DNA of 64,000 nt from Dicyema japonicum. Lineage: Eukaryota; Animalia; Dicyemida. The DNA lies in contig RDEW01000008.1 in assembly GCA_011109175.1 (NCBI GenBank), forward strand, positions 1,041,276 through 1,105,275, given 5' to 3'. Shown here in pieces: positions 13,536-25,899 of the stretch (position 1 is its first letter; each line of letters begins with the position of its first letter). The translations under genes were made by a program, and so were the position numbers. The notes below the pieces were generated by a model, which saw only the letters and a list, made by a program, of their open reading frames with translations, was not told the DNA's origin and ran no database searches.

Positions 13536-13729
13536 ATATAAAATTTTGTTAATTAAATTACATATAAAATTTTGTAAGCATAATTCCTAAATTGGAACAT
13601 TGGTAGAACCTACTTAAAATTGAGTTTCCAGTTGAGGTATGCCATATAGACAAACGAGAAGTCTGGATGAGGAAGAGAAAATAAATTTTTTTGGTGTTAT
13701 TCGAACCTGAGCGCCACCATAAAAGGTGA

Positions 13730-13922
13730 ACCACATGACGGTACGCTAACATTATTCCAAGATGGAGATCTAATCTTAAATTAGGTTAATTAATTCATAA
13801 GTTACATATTAAACTTTTTTTAATAACTTAATTTATTTTTATAAAATAATTATAAGATTAATTAATTTTCTTATAATAATTTTTTATAATTAATTATTTA
13901 TGAATAATTAATTATTTCACTA
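13730..13922 (+). promoter_or_regulatory. Conserved upstream cassette of the LAMP-like family (CCACATGAC motif + hyper-AT-rich ~150 bp)
   Basis: Same sequence precedes the ATG of paralogues at 25424(-), 31343, 39524 (CRE-interrupted) and partly 55404; regulatory role is inferred from position only. Confidence 0.45.
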
Positions 13923-14547
13923 ATGATCATTATGATTAGAGGTTTGTTTGAATTTAATAATTTCGTAAAAATTGTGTTGTTTTTCGGTTTAATTCCACTT
14001 GAAATCACTACTGGAGAATTGTTAAATCCAGTTCCAATGTGGATCATTCGCGTACATAACAAATTTTCTATATTATTTTCTGGAGAGATTTAGGTATTGA
14101 TTAAACATAAGCAATTCGTAAGTGAATAACATAGTAGTAGAATCGAGTTATTAAATTCAACTAGGCAGAAGTCAAATTTGTGAAACGAAGAAAAAACAGT
14201 TCTACATCAAACTTGAATTTGAAAATACAATTGTTGGATTTGAAATCAATGTGGATTCTAATTTTATTAATCTAAAACAGATTTATGTTAATGTTTTCGG
14301 TATCTTGATATTTTAGATACCAGATTTTGGTGATTTTGATGCATTATGATCAAACTTTTTTGATTAAGAATTATTATTGTCACATTTTTAAATTGGACTA
14401 TGTTAGAATTATTCTTTACATATTCAATTTACAACTACAAGTATCACAAACATCTGAAATTACATCATTTTCTAAAACCGGTTATATTAATAATAATTTT
14501 AAGCTGATTTTTGCAATAAAAATCTGTTGTGTAATGAACCTATTGAA
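13923..14547 (+). pseudogene. LAMP-like/mucin family copy A (exons 1-5, truncated, premature stops)
   Basis: Collinear with copies B-E. Intron-1 acceptor lost, in-frame TAG in exons 2 and 3, ends after NEPIE where it is fused to an inverted 5' fragment. Confidence 0.7.
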
Positions 14548-14552
14548 TGAAC

Positions 14553-14788
14553 CTAGTGGAGATTTCAAGTTGAATTTAACCGAAAAACAACACAATTTTT
14601 ACAAAACTATAAATTCAAACAAACCTCCAATCATAAAGATCATTAGTGAATAATATTATTATAATAAAATTAATTAATCTAATAATTATTTTATAAAAAT
14701 AAATTAAGTCATTAAAAAGAGTTTAATATGTAACTTAATAATTAATTAACCAAATTTAAGATTTGATCCGCATCTTGGAATAATGTTA
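14553..14788 (-). pseudogene. Inverted 5' fragment (upstream cassette + exon 1/start of exon 2) of the LAMP-like family
   Basis: Reverse complement of 13747-14012; forms a fold-back with copy A. Confidence 0.75.
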
Positions 14789-15479
14789 AACCAGGAGAAA
14801 AAAACGGCGCCATTGCTCTTGTCTCCACGGTGAGATCATGATGATGGTTCTTTTGATCTCTCCAGTAGCCATTAAAATGTCGCTATCCTCCTGTTTCGGC
14901 TCTCTGTACATCTCAGAATGAGATATCGGGTGGTTGTAGTCTACTACTCTCGATGTTTTCGTACAGTCGTTCTTTTAAAAAAATTATGTCAGACTTGATT
15001 TTCTTTATTACGGTCAATTTGCTTTATAAATTTATTCTATATGTAATATTTCGAAACTACTGAGAAATTAAAATCATTTTTCATATACATTTCGGTTATT
15101 TCTGAGAATGATGGGTTAGATTCGTAGAGCTTGACAACTTTTTAGTCTGTAATTATAAATATTTTTAGTGTATCAGTATTTATTAATATTTTACCACCAA
15201 AGTTATCAATTTCATCATCTACTTTCGATATTTTGATAATCTTTCCAACTGTATAAACTCATCCATTAATAAACACTAACCAACAAAATGATTTGAATTA
15301 ATTTAGTCTAATAAAAAAATAATTTGAATAATTTTCTAATTTTTAATATACCGATATTGTATTGTTTAATTAATCCCTCTGCCCACATGGCATTTCCAGG
15401 CTCTACCTACACTCTCACATAGTTAACCCTTTTTTTACCAATAAACTCAATCAATTAATAAAGAAAGGCACGCCTTCAA

Positions 15480-17360
15480 AAGACACAGAAAATTCAGTTT
15501 CTCACTCAAAAAATTGCATAGTGAATAGTGAACTCTCTAAAAAATGCCAATTGTAATTAATTCATATCTAACTAAACACTGCACTAAACTAAACCGCCTA
15601 TGCTCAAAAATCCAGAATAATATTTCATAGTCATTCTATTATTTAAATAACAACCTCAGCTGTGGCTGATCTTATTAAAAATGCCTGATAATAGACTGCT
15701 TTGGCCCCGAATAAGTTAAACGACCTTATCCTTTGGGGAATACAGACACATACTACTTTTCAGACACTCACTACAAAGGGACGTGGTGAAATTATGTCCT
15801 TGTTGAACTCTTAAACCTCATACTGAGGTCCATACTTCAATTCTCTCTTTTCATTCTGAGGATACTCTTGTCTTTATGTATGTCGAGGACAAAATCGTAA
15901 TTAAACTATAAAATATCAATTTTGAATCCGCAAAGAAATCTTCGAAACATCTTGACTTAGCCAACAAGTATATATTTTCAAGGTCTTTCACCCCATGATC
16001 GATTCTAGTAATCTTTAGAAAATGCTGACCATCGCAGTTATCAAATAAGCTCTTCTCCCGTGTCTCACCATCTACCCTTGGAATTAAGAGGTCGAAAGTT
16101 ATCCACAATCATATCACTACTAGAGTGATTTTTTTTCTAAATCATAATATGATGCTTGATTGTTCTCCCCCATCTAACTACTCGTCAAAAGTACTTTTGG
16201 AAAAGGAACTACGCTGCTGTTTCTCTCATATCTCTCTACGTATTTCAAATTGTCAATAAAGTCGAAGTCTTAGTCCACGCATCATGTCCTAGCTATCTGA
16301 GTAAGAAATATATGTTACTCTTTGAAGACATCAAAGTAATAATTAATCCTTATTACATAAAAAGCAAAAAGTTGATTATGTAGGAACAATATGTCATTCA
16401 ATGATGCGGAAGTCTGCTCTTTCGTACTGTGTTGTTTTTAAGTGTTCAAAAGGAAATGTTTGGTATGGATTGTTGTATTTTCAGTTATAGACGTCGGGAA
16501 AATAGGTATATCAATGCATTGTTAGAGATACAGATAGACATTTAATTTACCAAGCATTCTATTTATTTCCATCATAGGTAATAAATTGAAATCATTAGAT
16601 CATCGATATTTTTGACATTTCTCAATTATCGTTTCACACGAAGATTTCAGGAAATATTGTATGACGAAGAAATTTCTAATAAATTGTCACCATTACGTGA
16701 TCCTGGTCTCTCTTAATAATTTCCACTCTTAGCTCAATGTTCTTTTCTAGATCCCACGGACTTTCTTAAATATCGCTGTACATGCGTGGGATCAAACTGT
16801 ATGCCATTCCAAAAAACTTTAGATAGATATTTATGAGATCTTGACATGCTTCAACAGAACACTCAACATGGCTCAGTATTGTTTTCTTGAGTTCATACTA
16901 TTTCGTTAAGGACTGTAAACTGACCGGTCCCGATGTAGCATATCTTGTTTCCATCAAAAGTCCTATATGAAATTTAAAGCATATCTTGTTTCTATCAACA
17001 GTCCTTATACACGTTGGACTGAACAAGGGAGTGATGATTTGGAGATTTATTTTCATGAATGGAACTCCTTTAATTATTAAAATTTTATCTTCCAAAAGAA
17101 TTCTTATTTTTTTAAAAAACTATATCTTCTGAAAAAAGAATTATTATTTTTTAAACATTCCTCATTTTTTTAACAAATGTAAAAAATTTGTTAACAACAA
17201 AATATTATTTATTAACTATTGGGGAGAACGGCTCCTGACATCACGAAGTAAGTGTTTCCGTGGACAACTTTCCTCTTAGAACATAAATGGCGCTATATTC
17301 CAGAACAATTTTATTTTTAAAATATTTAAATTATTTTTTAAATTATTATTATACTACCTT
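15480..17360. repeat. Paralogue of ~3490-3920 (direct) and ~4180-5840 (inverted), includes family P copy
   Basis: Collinear matches by eye; 17450-17580 additionally repeats 3920-4050. Confidence 0.8.
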
Positions 17361-18049
17361 TTTACTAATGAAACTGATATTCAGTAGGGACATCCTACTG
17401 AACTCTAAAAGAGATATTTCGACTGACTCTGACATAAGATGTGGTTTATGAGAAAGTATATCGCACACACGTTTTTTAAGAGAAGAAAAGAGATTACCAG
17501 CGATCTGGAATAAAATCCACTTAATTAGATAATTTACTCGTTTTAATTTGATGTTATAATTTTATTACGATATTACTAACAAAATCTCTCCTTTCCACAA
17601 GATCAACCTTCTGTAATTATTAGATACATTTTGTTGGCCATCGGTTCCTTTAATTTAAGGGTCCGGGAGTGAATAATAAATGATCTACAGTCTATTAATA
17701 ATAGAAGCCCCAAATCAAACGATATTTTGTATTATTGAAATTTTGATTTTTATATCCTATATCTAACAGATATTTCCACTTGTAACTCATTTTCTACTAT
17801 TCACATACATTTGGTACCTTTTCTTTATTCAAGACTAGGCAGAGAATTTGTCTTCAAATAGCATTATTTTCCAAAAAACAACACATGTATCCGTTAAAAG
17901 TACGTTTCTAGTGTTAAGCTAATAGATAAACTTACTCTGTTTTTCCATTACAAAGAAGAAACCGCTTTTTAGAGTTTTTCAGTTGCTCAATGGCCGTTAC
18001 AGCAGTAATCTAGGTAAACAGCACAATATTAAATTATTAGAAAGACCAA

Positions 18050-18330
18050 GGGTAAAACCAAACAAAATAATAACGTGATCTTAACGCGTCCAGAACTCTC
18101 ACACAACTACAGTAATCCAGAGAACATTCTCCAGGAAGCTGAAGTCGATGTCAGAATTCGTTTTCGGGAAGTTAGATAGTTTTCCGATGGAATGTAGAGA
18201 TGCATGCTTGTGTGTGTCGGCTTGGCATCGGCATATATTTTTTTCTTCCTTACTCGGAGACTTATCTTTCTTGGTCCCTGAATTTGCTTCGATACCAAGA
18301 AATCTTTAAAATCAATATGATCAAAAGACA
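18050..18330 (-). mobile_element. Possible degenerate Ty3/Gypsy integrase fragment
   Basis: One minus frame reads NICRCQ...LHSIGKLSNFPKTNSDIDF...WITVVV.EFWTR, weakly like CxxCQ...IDF...LVVVDxFxK; heavily decayed. Confidence 0.25.
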
Positions 18331-19204
18331 CAAAGACTCGGAAATATTCAATCCTTCAACCTTACGTGGCTCTCATCATATTTTAACCACCTGATATCAG
18401 CGTTTATTTTTAATATTATTTCAAAAAAATAGTTTTCGATTAAAAAAGATCAAATAAAGTAGGTTCTATTTTTGAAATCATTCCAATGTTCCAACTTAGG
18501 AATTATGCTTACAAAATTTAATATGTAATTTAATTAACTTTCAGAAAAAGTTAATGTAACATAGTTACGAGTATTTATTAAGTTGTTCAAAAAACTATCA
18601 AAACTGAACCACTCGATGTTTATTGATGTATATATTCGACACTAAAAACCTAACTCGTATAGTTAGTTATTTTGTCAGTATATTACTGCTATGTGACGTA
18701 TATGATACGCATCATTGATATTGAATAATATTTAAGTAATTATTAGAGGACTGGATTATTTCAATGTTTGTACATTCTAATCAATCTAGGATTCTCGACT
18801 CGGTTGATTGAATTCTTACATTCATTGCAATCATATTGAATTGCCGAGTCTTTCAATAATACTGCACTTTACGCAGAGCCTTATTAGCTATAGCCCCTCC
18901 CCGGCAGGACACAATTTATTTTAAGCAAAAAACAGTCATCATAAGTAATCTTAAATAAATATCATAATCTACTACTTTTTTGTTGGATGTGAGTCTTTCT
19001 GTAGACGATACGGTTAAGCAGTGATATGTTCACTAATGACTGGATATCTCGTCAAACCAGTATGTTAATATAAATGAGAACTCAGATGTGTTTTAAATAA
19101 GTAGATTCCGAAATTTTTAATATTTATAAACATTTAAAAATATTTTAAATATTTTTAATCAGAAAAAAAAGGCTTCAACGAGTAGTGTTATGGTTAAGAC
19201 AAAA

Positions 19205-19300
19205 TATTGGAATAACCATACTCCGAAATAACTCATTCGCAATCCACGCAGCAGGCTTCCTCAGCAAACATTTGTTTAATTTTTAAAATAATTATTTTAT
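19205..19300 (+). mobile_element. CRE-like element extreme 3' end
   Basis: GGAATA(A/G)CCATACTCCG...GCAATCCACGCAGCAGGCTTCCTCA matches 33955-34012. Confidence 0.75.
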
Positions 19301-19454
19301 TAAAAAAATAATAATAATATTTTTAATTATAATAAATATATTTTTTTCGTAATATCCGAAAATTTTCTGTATAATTTTTTGGTGAATCTTTGATCTCCTA
19401 TTTCTAGAAATATTTATCTCCTTTAAGTACAAATTAGTTTCTATTCAACGCGGC

Positions 19455-20907
19455 CTGAGAGATTCTTATTCAATGTATCAGTTATATGATTAGTTTAGCA
19501 AGGATCTGACCAATTACAAGAAGTACATTAATGAACTTCAGTCTTTGTTGGAACAAAAAGATAACTTTATGTTAATCTACCGATACGCATTTTAATTCAT
19601 TTTTGAAACCATACTCACATTTTGATGTGAATTTACCGATAGCATTTTAATGCTAATTCTACCGTTCGTTATGTTTCACGAAGACAGCGGAGAGTGTCAT
19701 TCGGAATGCAGTGGATTGTCATTATCTCAAATGCTTGAATTTATTAAAAAAATGAGACAGGCGGCTTCTTAGAATGGACACAATTAGATGCAGGTAGAGA
19801 CTGCAACATTAACGTTGCTTGCAAAGAGGAAGTCTTTGACAGTGCAGTGACTCCAATTTTTACTTGTCTCCATGATTTCTCGTTGACCCGATTCGAAAAT
19901 CCAATCGATGTATGCTTCTAGTGATCTCAATTTTCAGATCTTACGATACAATGACGGATCAGACACTGAATATGTGGATGTGTGCTCGCGAAGTCTGCAC
20001 GTGATTGAGTGTGGGATTGGCGAAGAACGCTAATAAACAACGAGAGTGGGACAAGATTTTATGCCCAAACATCATAGACGAGATTAAACTAGTGCTTGAT
20101 CTGCATCGTTTGACTTATCTGGCTTCTGCATAAACGAACGAGAGTTGTATATGGCTCAGAGCATTACCATGCACTTCATTTGGGACACTTTTGGTACGAC
20201 GAGACGAGGATTGGGGTTTCTGTTTTCCTCGGATTAATAAGAAATTATGTTTATTCAAATAACAACTAGGTAGTCGGAGAGACATGTTCTTCTAAACACA
20301 TAACTCGATCTAAAAACCAGTTACTTTAATTCATTAATATATTATCCTTTTATAGGAACCATGCAATGCAATGGAATAGTAATTTTATGCAATCTAGACG
20401 ATAGAAAACATTTCGTCGTTTCAGGCTCACAAAAAAAGAACCGTTATTATTTTCCATGATAATTTAAAACAAATCAACTTTTATTATTATTTACGAGATA
20501 TTTAATTTATTTGTTAAACGACTGGTTGATATCTGTTATTGAGATATTTTTTAATGACTATTATCACTTTATAATGATTTCGTCGTTTCTTATGTTATCC
20601 GTTAAGAACTTAGATTGTTAGTCTTAACCTTCTAGTTTCGGAATGAATTATAAGAATTCTATGAAATATTTAATGAATACTTTAAAAATTCATTAATATA
20701 TGAAATATTTAATGAATAAAAAGTCCTCAGTTATCATTTAACTTGAAGCTCGTTATGGAGATTAATTAAGATGCCGTATTCTTACTGGCCTCTTACGTGT
20801 CAGGGTGTCAGACTTCATTATTTAACAAAAAGCTCCTCAAAGTTTGCCACCAATGGGGGAGGCTATTTAGCAGATTGTTTTAAAGTTATCTTCGAATGTT
20901 TTTGGTA
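19455..20907 (+). repeat. ~1.45 kb direct repeat, copy 2
   Basis: Matches 9385-10840; runs into the gap. Confidence 0.9.
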
Positions 20908-21213
20908 NNNNNNNNNNNNNNNNNNNNNNNNNNNNNNNNNNNNNNNNNNNNNNNNNNNNNNNNNNNNNNNNNNNNNNNNNNNNNNNNNNNNNNNNNNNNN
21001 NNNNNNNNNNNNNNNNNNNNNNNNNNNNNNNNNNNNNNNNNNNNNNNNNNNNNNNNNNNNNNNNNNNNNNNNNNNNNNNNNNNNNNNNNNNNNNNNNNNN
21101 NNNNNNNNNNNNNNNNNNNNNNNNNNNNNNNNNNNNNNNNNNNNNNNNNNNNNNNNNNNNNNNNNNNNNNNNNNNNNNNNNNNNNNNNNNNNNNNNNNNN
21201 NNNNNNNNNNNNN
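20908..21213. other. Assembly gap (N run)
   Basis: 306 N. Confidence 1.
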
Positions 21214-21451
21214 GGGTTTTCCGACCAGTTCCCATGCAGACACTGCAGTTCCAAAGGCAGAGCGAGCACGCAGCCCGCTGAGACATCTTTATGCATCCAA
21301 GGTGGAAAAAGTCACGGCAAGACGAGCAGAAAAGTCCATATTTGCGTGCATTGGCAAAACCGCATGTAGAGCATGTAGTGTCCAGTCTCTCGGGTGTAAT
21401 GTGTGTTGATCCATTGTATGAACGACGCTCCATGATGATACAATTATTCAC
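21214..21451 (-). mobile_element. PHD-finger coding fragment, probably the N-terminus of a CRE-like retrotransposon ORF
   Basis: CSTC...CSSC..FFHLGC...WNCSVC (C4HC3 with W-x-C). A decayed homologue sits at ~57090-57200 directly 5' of CRE RT. Confidence 0.6.
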
Positions 21452-21589
21452 AACAAGACCACACGTGATTTTCAGAATTGCCTTAAATAAATTACTGTTT
21501 TGTTATAAAAAATCATAATGCACAATATTTGGATTTAATTCAAATTCGTTGAAAATTAAAAATCCAGTAGATTGAATTAAAAAATAACC

Positions 21590-22560
21590 TCATATTAAAA
21601 AAGTATCCTCAATTTTTCAATTTTGAATCTGAATAGATTTTTCTAACTACAAATTTCCATTTAGTCCCTGAGATAAAGCGACAAGTACCATAGATATTAG
21701 TAGAAAAGCAACGCTATTATGTAAGACATTCAAGGAAATTGTCATAGCATTAATTGAGTATGCTATCTCAGTGCTAAACTACTAAATAGGTGTTGTTGAG
21801 TTTGAGCACAAAAAGTACTTTAAAATGATTTTATGATTCGTGGAGTAACATGTCTATGTGCTGCAGCCAATCAGGAAAAAGAAATTTACTCAGTGAAAAA
21901 TCGAAAACCATGTCCATATGCTGGCAGCCAGTAAGGAGAGACTAAATTTATTCCGTGATAAATTCGGCCGTGGACTGTGTGGAGTAGTATAAAAACGTGA
22001 GCGTATTCTTATGCAAATGCATTAGACCCTGTTAGCTAGGTCAAGTGTGGCTGCTAGTAAGCACGTCATAACAACGACCGAGAAAACAAGGCAAAATCAC
22101 CTAGGCACTATCAAACCTTTTTTGTTTGCTAAGTATGTTGTTGATGATGGTGGGTTATTAAAAGTGAAGGCGTTATGCCACTTACTATCACACTAGATGC
22201 TAGTCAAAGACAATGAACATAATATTGTGGTACACGATGAGGAGTCTGGCCAAGTTCACATCATAGAAAATGGCATTACGTCTCAAGACCGTTTGTATAA
22301 TCTGGAGGTGTAGAGAAAAGAAGTGTGACATTCTTGAAACGTCACTAATAATGTTTGTTCTGGATTCGAAAGGATCGATAAATTTATTCTACCGGGAGAC
22401 AATTTTGTTCCCTGACGACGAGTTCTGGAAACTCTGGAATAGATCTTATCTCTTCTGACAAAGCTTTTTGGATCACTGTGAATGAGTGATTGTTTTTTCT
22501 AGAAATAATGGAATAATGGAATTGATTAATTTGGTTTGACCCTTTGTATTTATTTAAGAA
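21590..22560 (+). mobile_element. R4/Dong-like RLE element fragment
   Basis: Paralogous to 11480-12470; contains KERLNLFRDKFGRGL and VVHDEESGQVHIIENGITSQDRL motifs. Confidence 0.6.
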
Positions 22561-23916
22561 ATTATAAAAATTTATATTTTTTAATTTTTTTCATGAAGTG
22601 GTCAAATTTTAATCTAAATAACTTAATAGAAATGAATGTAATTAATTTTTATCTGAAGCATAAAGGAGTACAAAGTTAGTTAGTTTTGATATATAATAGG
22701 TTTTTCATAAGCTAACTATTCAAAAGGTCAAATATATTATTTAAGCGATCAGCTTTTATATAACCACATAGGTCTTCTGATGATTATATCATACATTGTA
22801 TCGAAAAATATATAATGGAATATCGTATAGGAAAGATTTGAACAAGATAAGTGACAGAAGAGATCCTAATAGGAGCCCGTTAGGCAAAACTTATGATGAT
22901 TTTGTAGAACGTGAAATACCCCTCCTCTCTGTCCATTTTGGAAATTTACGATCCACTTTTTCAAATCGTTCACGAAGACATAGACAAAGAAGTTTTTTTA
23001 AGTATCTTACCTAAACAGTGAGTGTTTCTAAGCTCGCTCTTCAAAACGGAAAGGTAAAAAAGACATTACTGCAGAGATGTCATTGTCAATCAACAAATAA
23101 ATTAAATTTTGTCGTAAATAATAATAAAAAGGTAAATTGTTTTAAATTCTCATGGAAAATAAAAACGGTATTTTTTTATGAGCCGTAACCAAAGTCGTAG
23201 TTTTACCGTCACAACTAGTTTCAAATAGATGCCAAAAATAGGTTTGATTGATTTATCTATTAGTCAACCCGTGAAGATAAGGCAAAGTGTTTTTTTCTAC
23301 TAAATGACACCACGTCGTCGACAAGCGACATGACATTTGATTGAATTAATGATATCTTGATTCAAACGGGTAATTTAAATATTTTAAAAATTATTTAGTT
23401 TGCATTAATTAAATTAACATAATTACTTTGAAATATTTCATAGAATTGAGATAATTCATTTCCAAAACAAACAAATTAACTCATATGATCACAAAGTTCT
23501 AACGGGGTAGCTTAAGAAATAACAAAAATCTTTGAAAATTAATATTATTCAGTATGAGATCATCATAATAACAACTTATCAAGCTTTCAATTTATTATAC
23601 TCATTTCTTTTTTCAATTCAATTCTTCGTTAACAATAAGTCCAATTTCAGGAAAACATCAAATAGATCATATTTCTCATATGACAACAGATAATCTCTAG
23701 GAGAATGTCTATCACTGTGGTTTTGGAACGAATTATGTGTTTAAATATAACAACAGATAATCTCTAGGAGAATGTCTATCTCTCCGACTACAACTTAATC
23801 GTTGGAAAAACATAATTGATTATTAATTACATACTTTTTTCTTTGTGTGTCCTGAGTTAAATAATTAATAAATTAGTCTCAGAAAATAATTTAACTAAGA
23901 TATCTGCTAGTTTAAG

Positions 23917-25424
23917 TTAAATTAGTATGTTAATTAAAATCCATCCAAGTAGGAGGAATGATAATTCCACTGGACGAGAAACGGAGGAAGTACTGAATTT
24001 TCGGGCATGCGTGCTTACTATCAAATTAGAGTTAATTATTGAACTTGTTATGCTCAAATCTTCAAATAAAAATATTAAAATGATTAAATGTTNNNNNNNN
24101 NNNNNNNNNNNNNNNNNNNNNNNNNNNNNNNNNNNNNNNNNNNNNNNNNNNNNNNNNNNNNNNNNNNNNNNNNNNNNNNNNNNNNNNNNNNNNNNNNNNN
24201 NNNNNNNNNNNNNNNNNNNNNNNNNNNNNNNNNNNNNNNNNNNNNNNNNNNNNNNNNNNNNNNNNNNNNNNNNNNNNNNNNNNNNNNNNNNNNNNNNNNN
24301 NNNNNNNNNNNNNNNNNNNNNNNNNNNNNNNNNNNNNNNNNNNNNNNNNNNNNNNNNNNNNNNNNNNNNNNNNNNNNNNNNNNNNNNNNNNNNNNNNNNN
24401 NNNNNNNNNNNNNNNNNNNNNNNNNNNNNNNNNNNNNNNNNNNNNNNNNNNNNNNNNNNNNNNNNNNNNNNNNNNNNNNNNNNNNNNNNNNNNNNNNNNN
24501 NNNNNNNNNNNNNNNNNNNNNNNNNNNNNNNNNNNNNNNNNNNNNNNNNNNNNNNNNNNNNNNNNNNNNNNNNNNNNNNNNNNNNNNNNNNNNNNNNNNN
24601 NNNNNNNNNNNNNNNNNNNNNNNNNNNNNNNNNNNNNNNNNNNNNNNNNNNNNNNNNNNNNNNNNNNNNNNNNNNNNNNNNNNNNNNNNNNNNNNNNNNN
24701 NNNNNNNNNNNNNNNNNNNNNNNNNNNNNNNNNNNNNNNNNNNNNNNNNNNNNNNNNNNNNNNNNNNNNNNNNNNNNNNNNNNNNNNNNNNNNNNNNNNN
24801 NNNNNNNNNNNNNNNNNNNNNNNNNNNNNNNNNNNNNNNNNNNNNNNNNNNNNNNNNNNNNNNNNNNNNNNNNNNNNNNNNNNNNNNNNNNNNNNNNNNN
24901 NNNNNNNNNNNNNNNNNNNNNNNNNNNNNNNNNNNNNNNNNNNNNNNNNNNNNNNNNNNNNNNNNNNNNNNNNNNNNNAAAAAAAGTTTGATTAACTAAT
25001 GCATCAGAATCACCAAAATGTGGTATCTATAATATAAAAATACCGACAACATTAACATAAATATATTTTAGATTAATAAAACTAGAATCTATTTTCATGT
25101 CAAATCCAACAAGTATATTTTCAAATAGAAAATTGATGTAGAACTCATTATTTCTTCTATTCACAAATTTGACTTCTGTCTGTTTGAATTTAATATCTCG
25201 ATTCTACTACTATGAAATTCACTTACGAATCTATTATGTTTAATCAATACGTAAATCTCTCCAGAAAATAATATAGAAAATTTGTTATGTACGCGAATGA
25301 TCCACATTGGAGCTTGATTTAATAACAGTTCATCAATAGTGATTTCAAGTAGAATTAAGCCAAAAAACAACACAATTACTACAAAATTAATAAATTCAAA
25401 CAAACCTTCAATTATAAAGATCAT
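23917..25424 (-). CDS. LAMP-like domain + mucin stalk + GPI-type tail surface glycoprotein, copy B (best candidate intact gene; middle in assembly gap)
   Basis: Exons 25424-25406, 25378-25227, 25203-25051, 25026-(gap) and terminal exon 24059-23917; introns 27/23/24 nt GT-AG. All sequenced exons are open, ending ...FSTSSVSRPVELSFLLLGWILINILI*. Confidence 0.65.
24093..24978. other. Assembly gap (N run) inside copy B, where the tandem stalk exons are expected
   Basis: 886 N. Confidence 1.
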
Positions 25425-25899
25425 TAAGTTAAATAATTAATTATTCATGAATAATTAATTATAAGAAATTAATATAATATAATAAATTTACTTAATAATT
25501 ATTTTATCTCAAGGAGAGACTCTCGTTGGCTGTTGTCCGTGGGAATAGCTTGTGCATCTCCCAACAGCTGAATTAAAATTAATTATAAGAAATAAATATA
25601 ATATAATAAATTTACTTAATAATTATTTTATCAAAATAATTTAAGTTATTAAAAAAAAGTTAAATATGTAACATATGAATTAATTTACCTAATTTATGAT
25701 TAGATCTTCATTTTGGAATAATGTTATCGTGTCGTCATGTGGTTCACTTTTATGGTGGCGCTCGATGTCTAATAACAACAAAAAGAATTATTTTCTCTTC
25801 CTTATCCATACTTCTCGTATCTCTGGATGTTATACCTTAACAGAAACTCAAAATTTTATTTGTTCCCGTGGATTCTATTTCTTTCTGGAGATATTGCAC

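Noticed and set aside
15423-15440. TTAACCCTT piggyBac-like end
   Set aside because: No matching opposite end or transposase remnant; expected by chance in AT-rich DNA.
23927-24999. Long ORFs of 120-354 aa at 6572-7197, 20771-21451 and 23927-24999
   Set aside because: Length comes from translating N gaps as X; only the flanking real sequence is informative.
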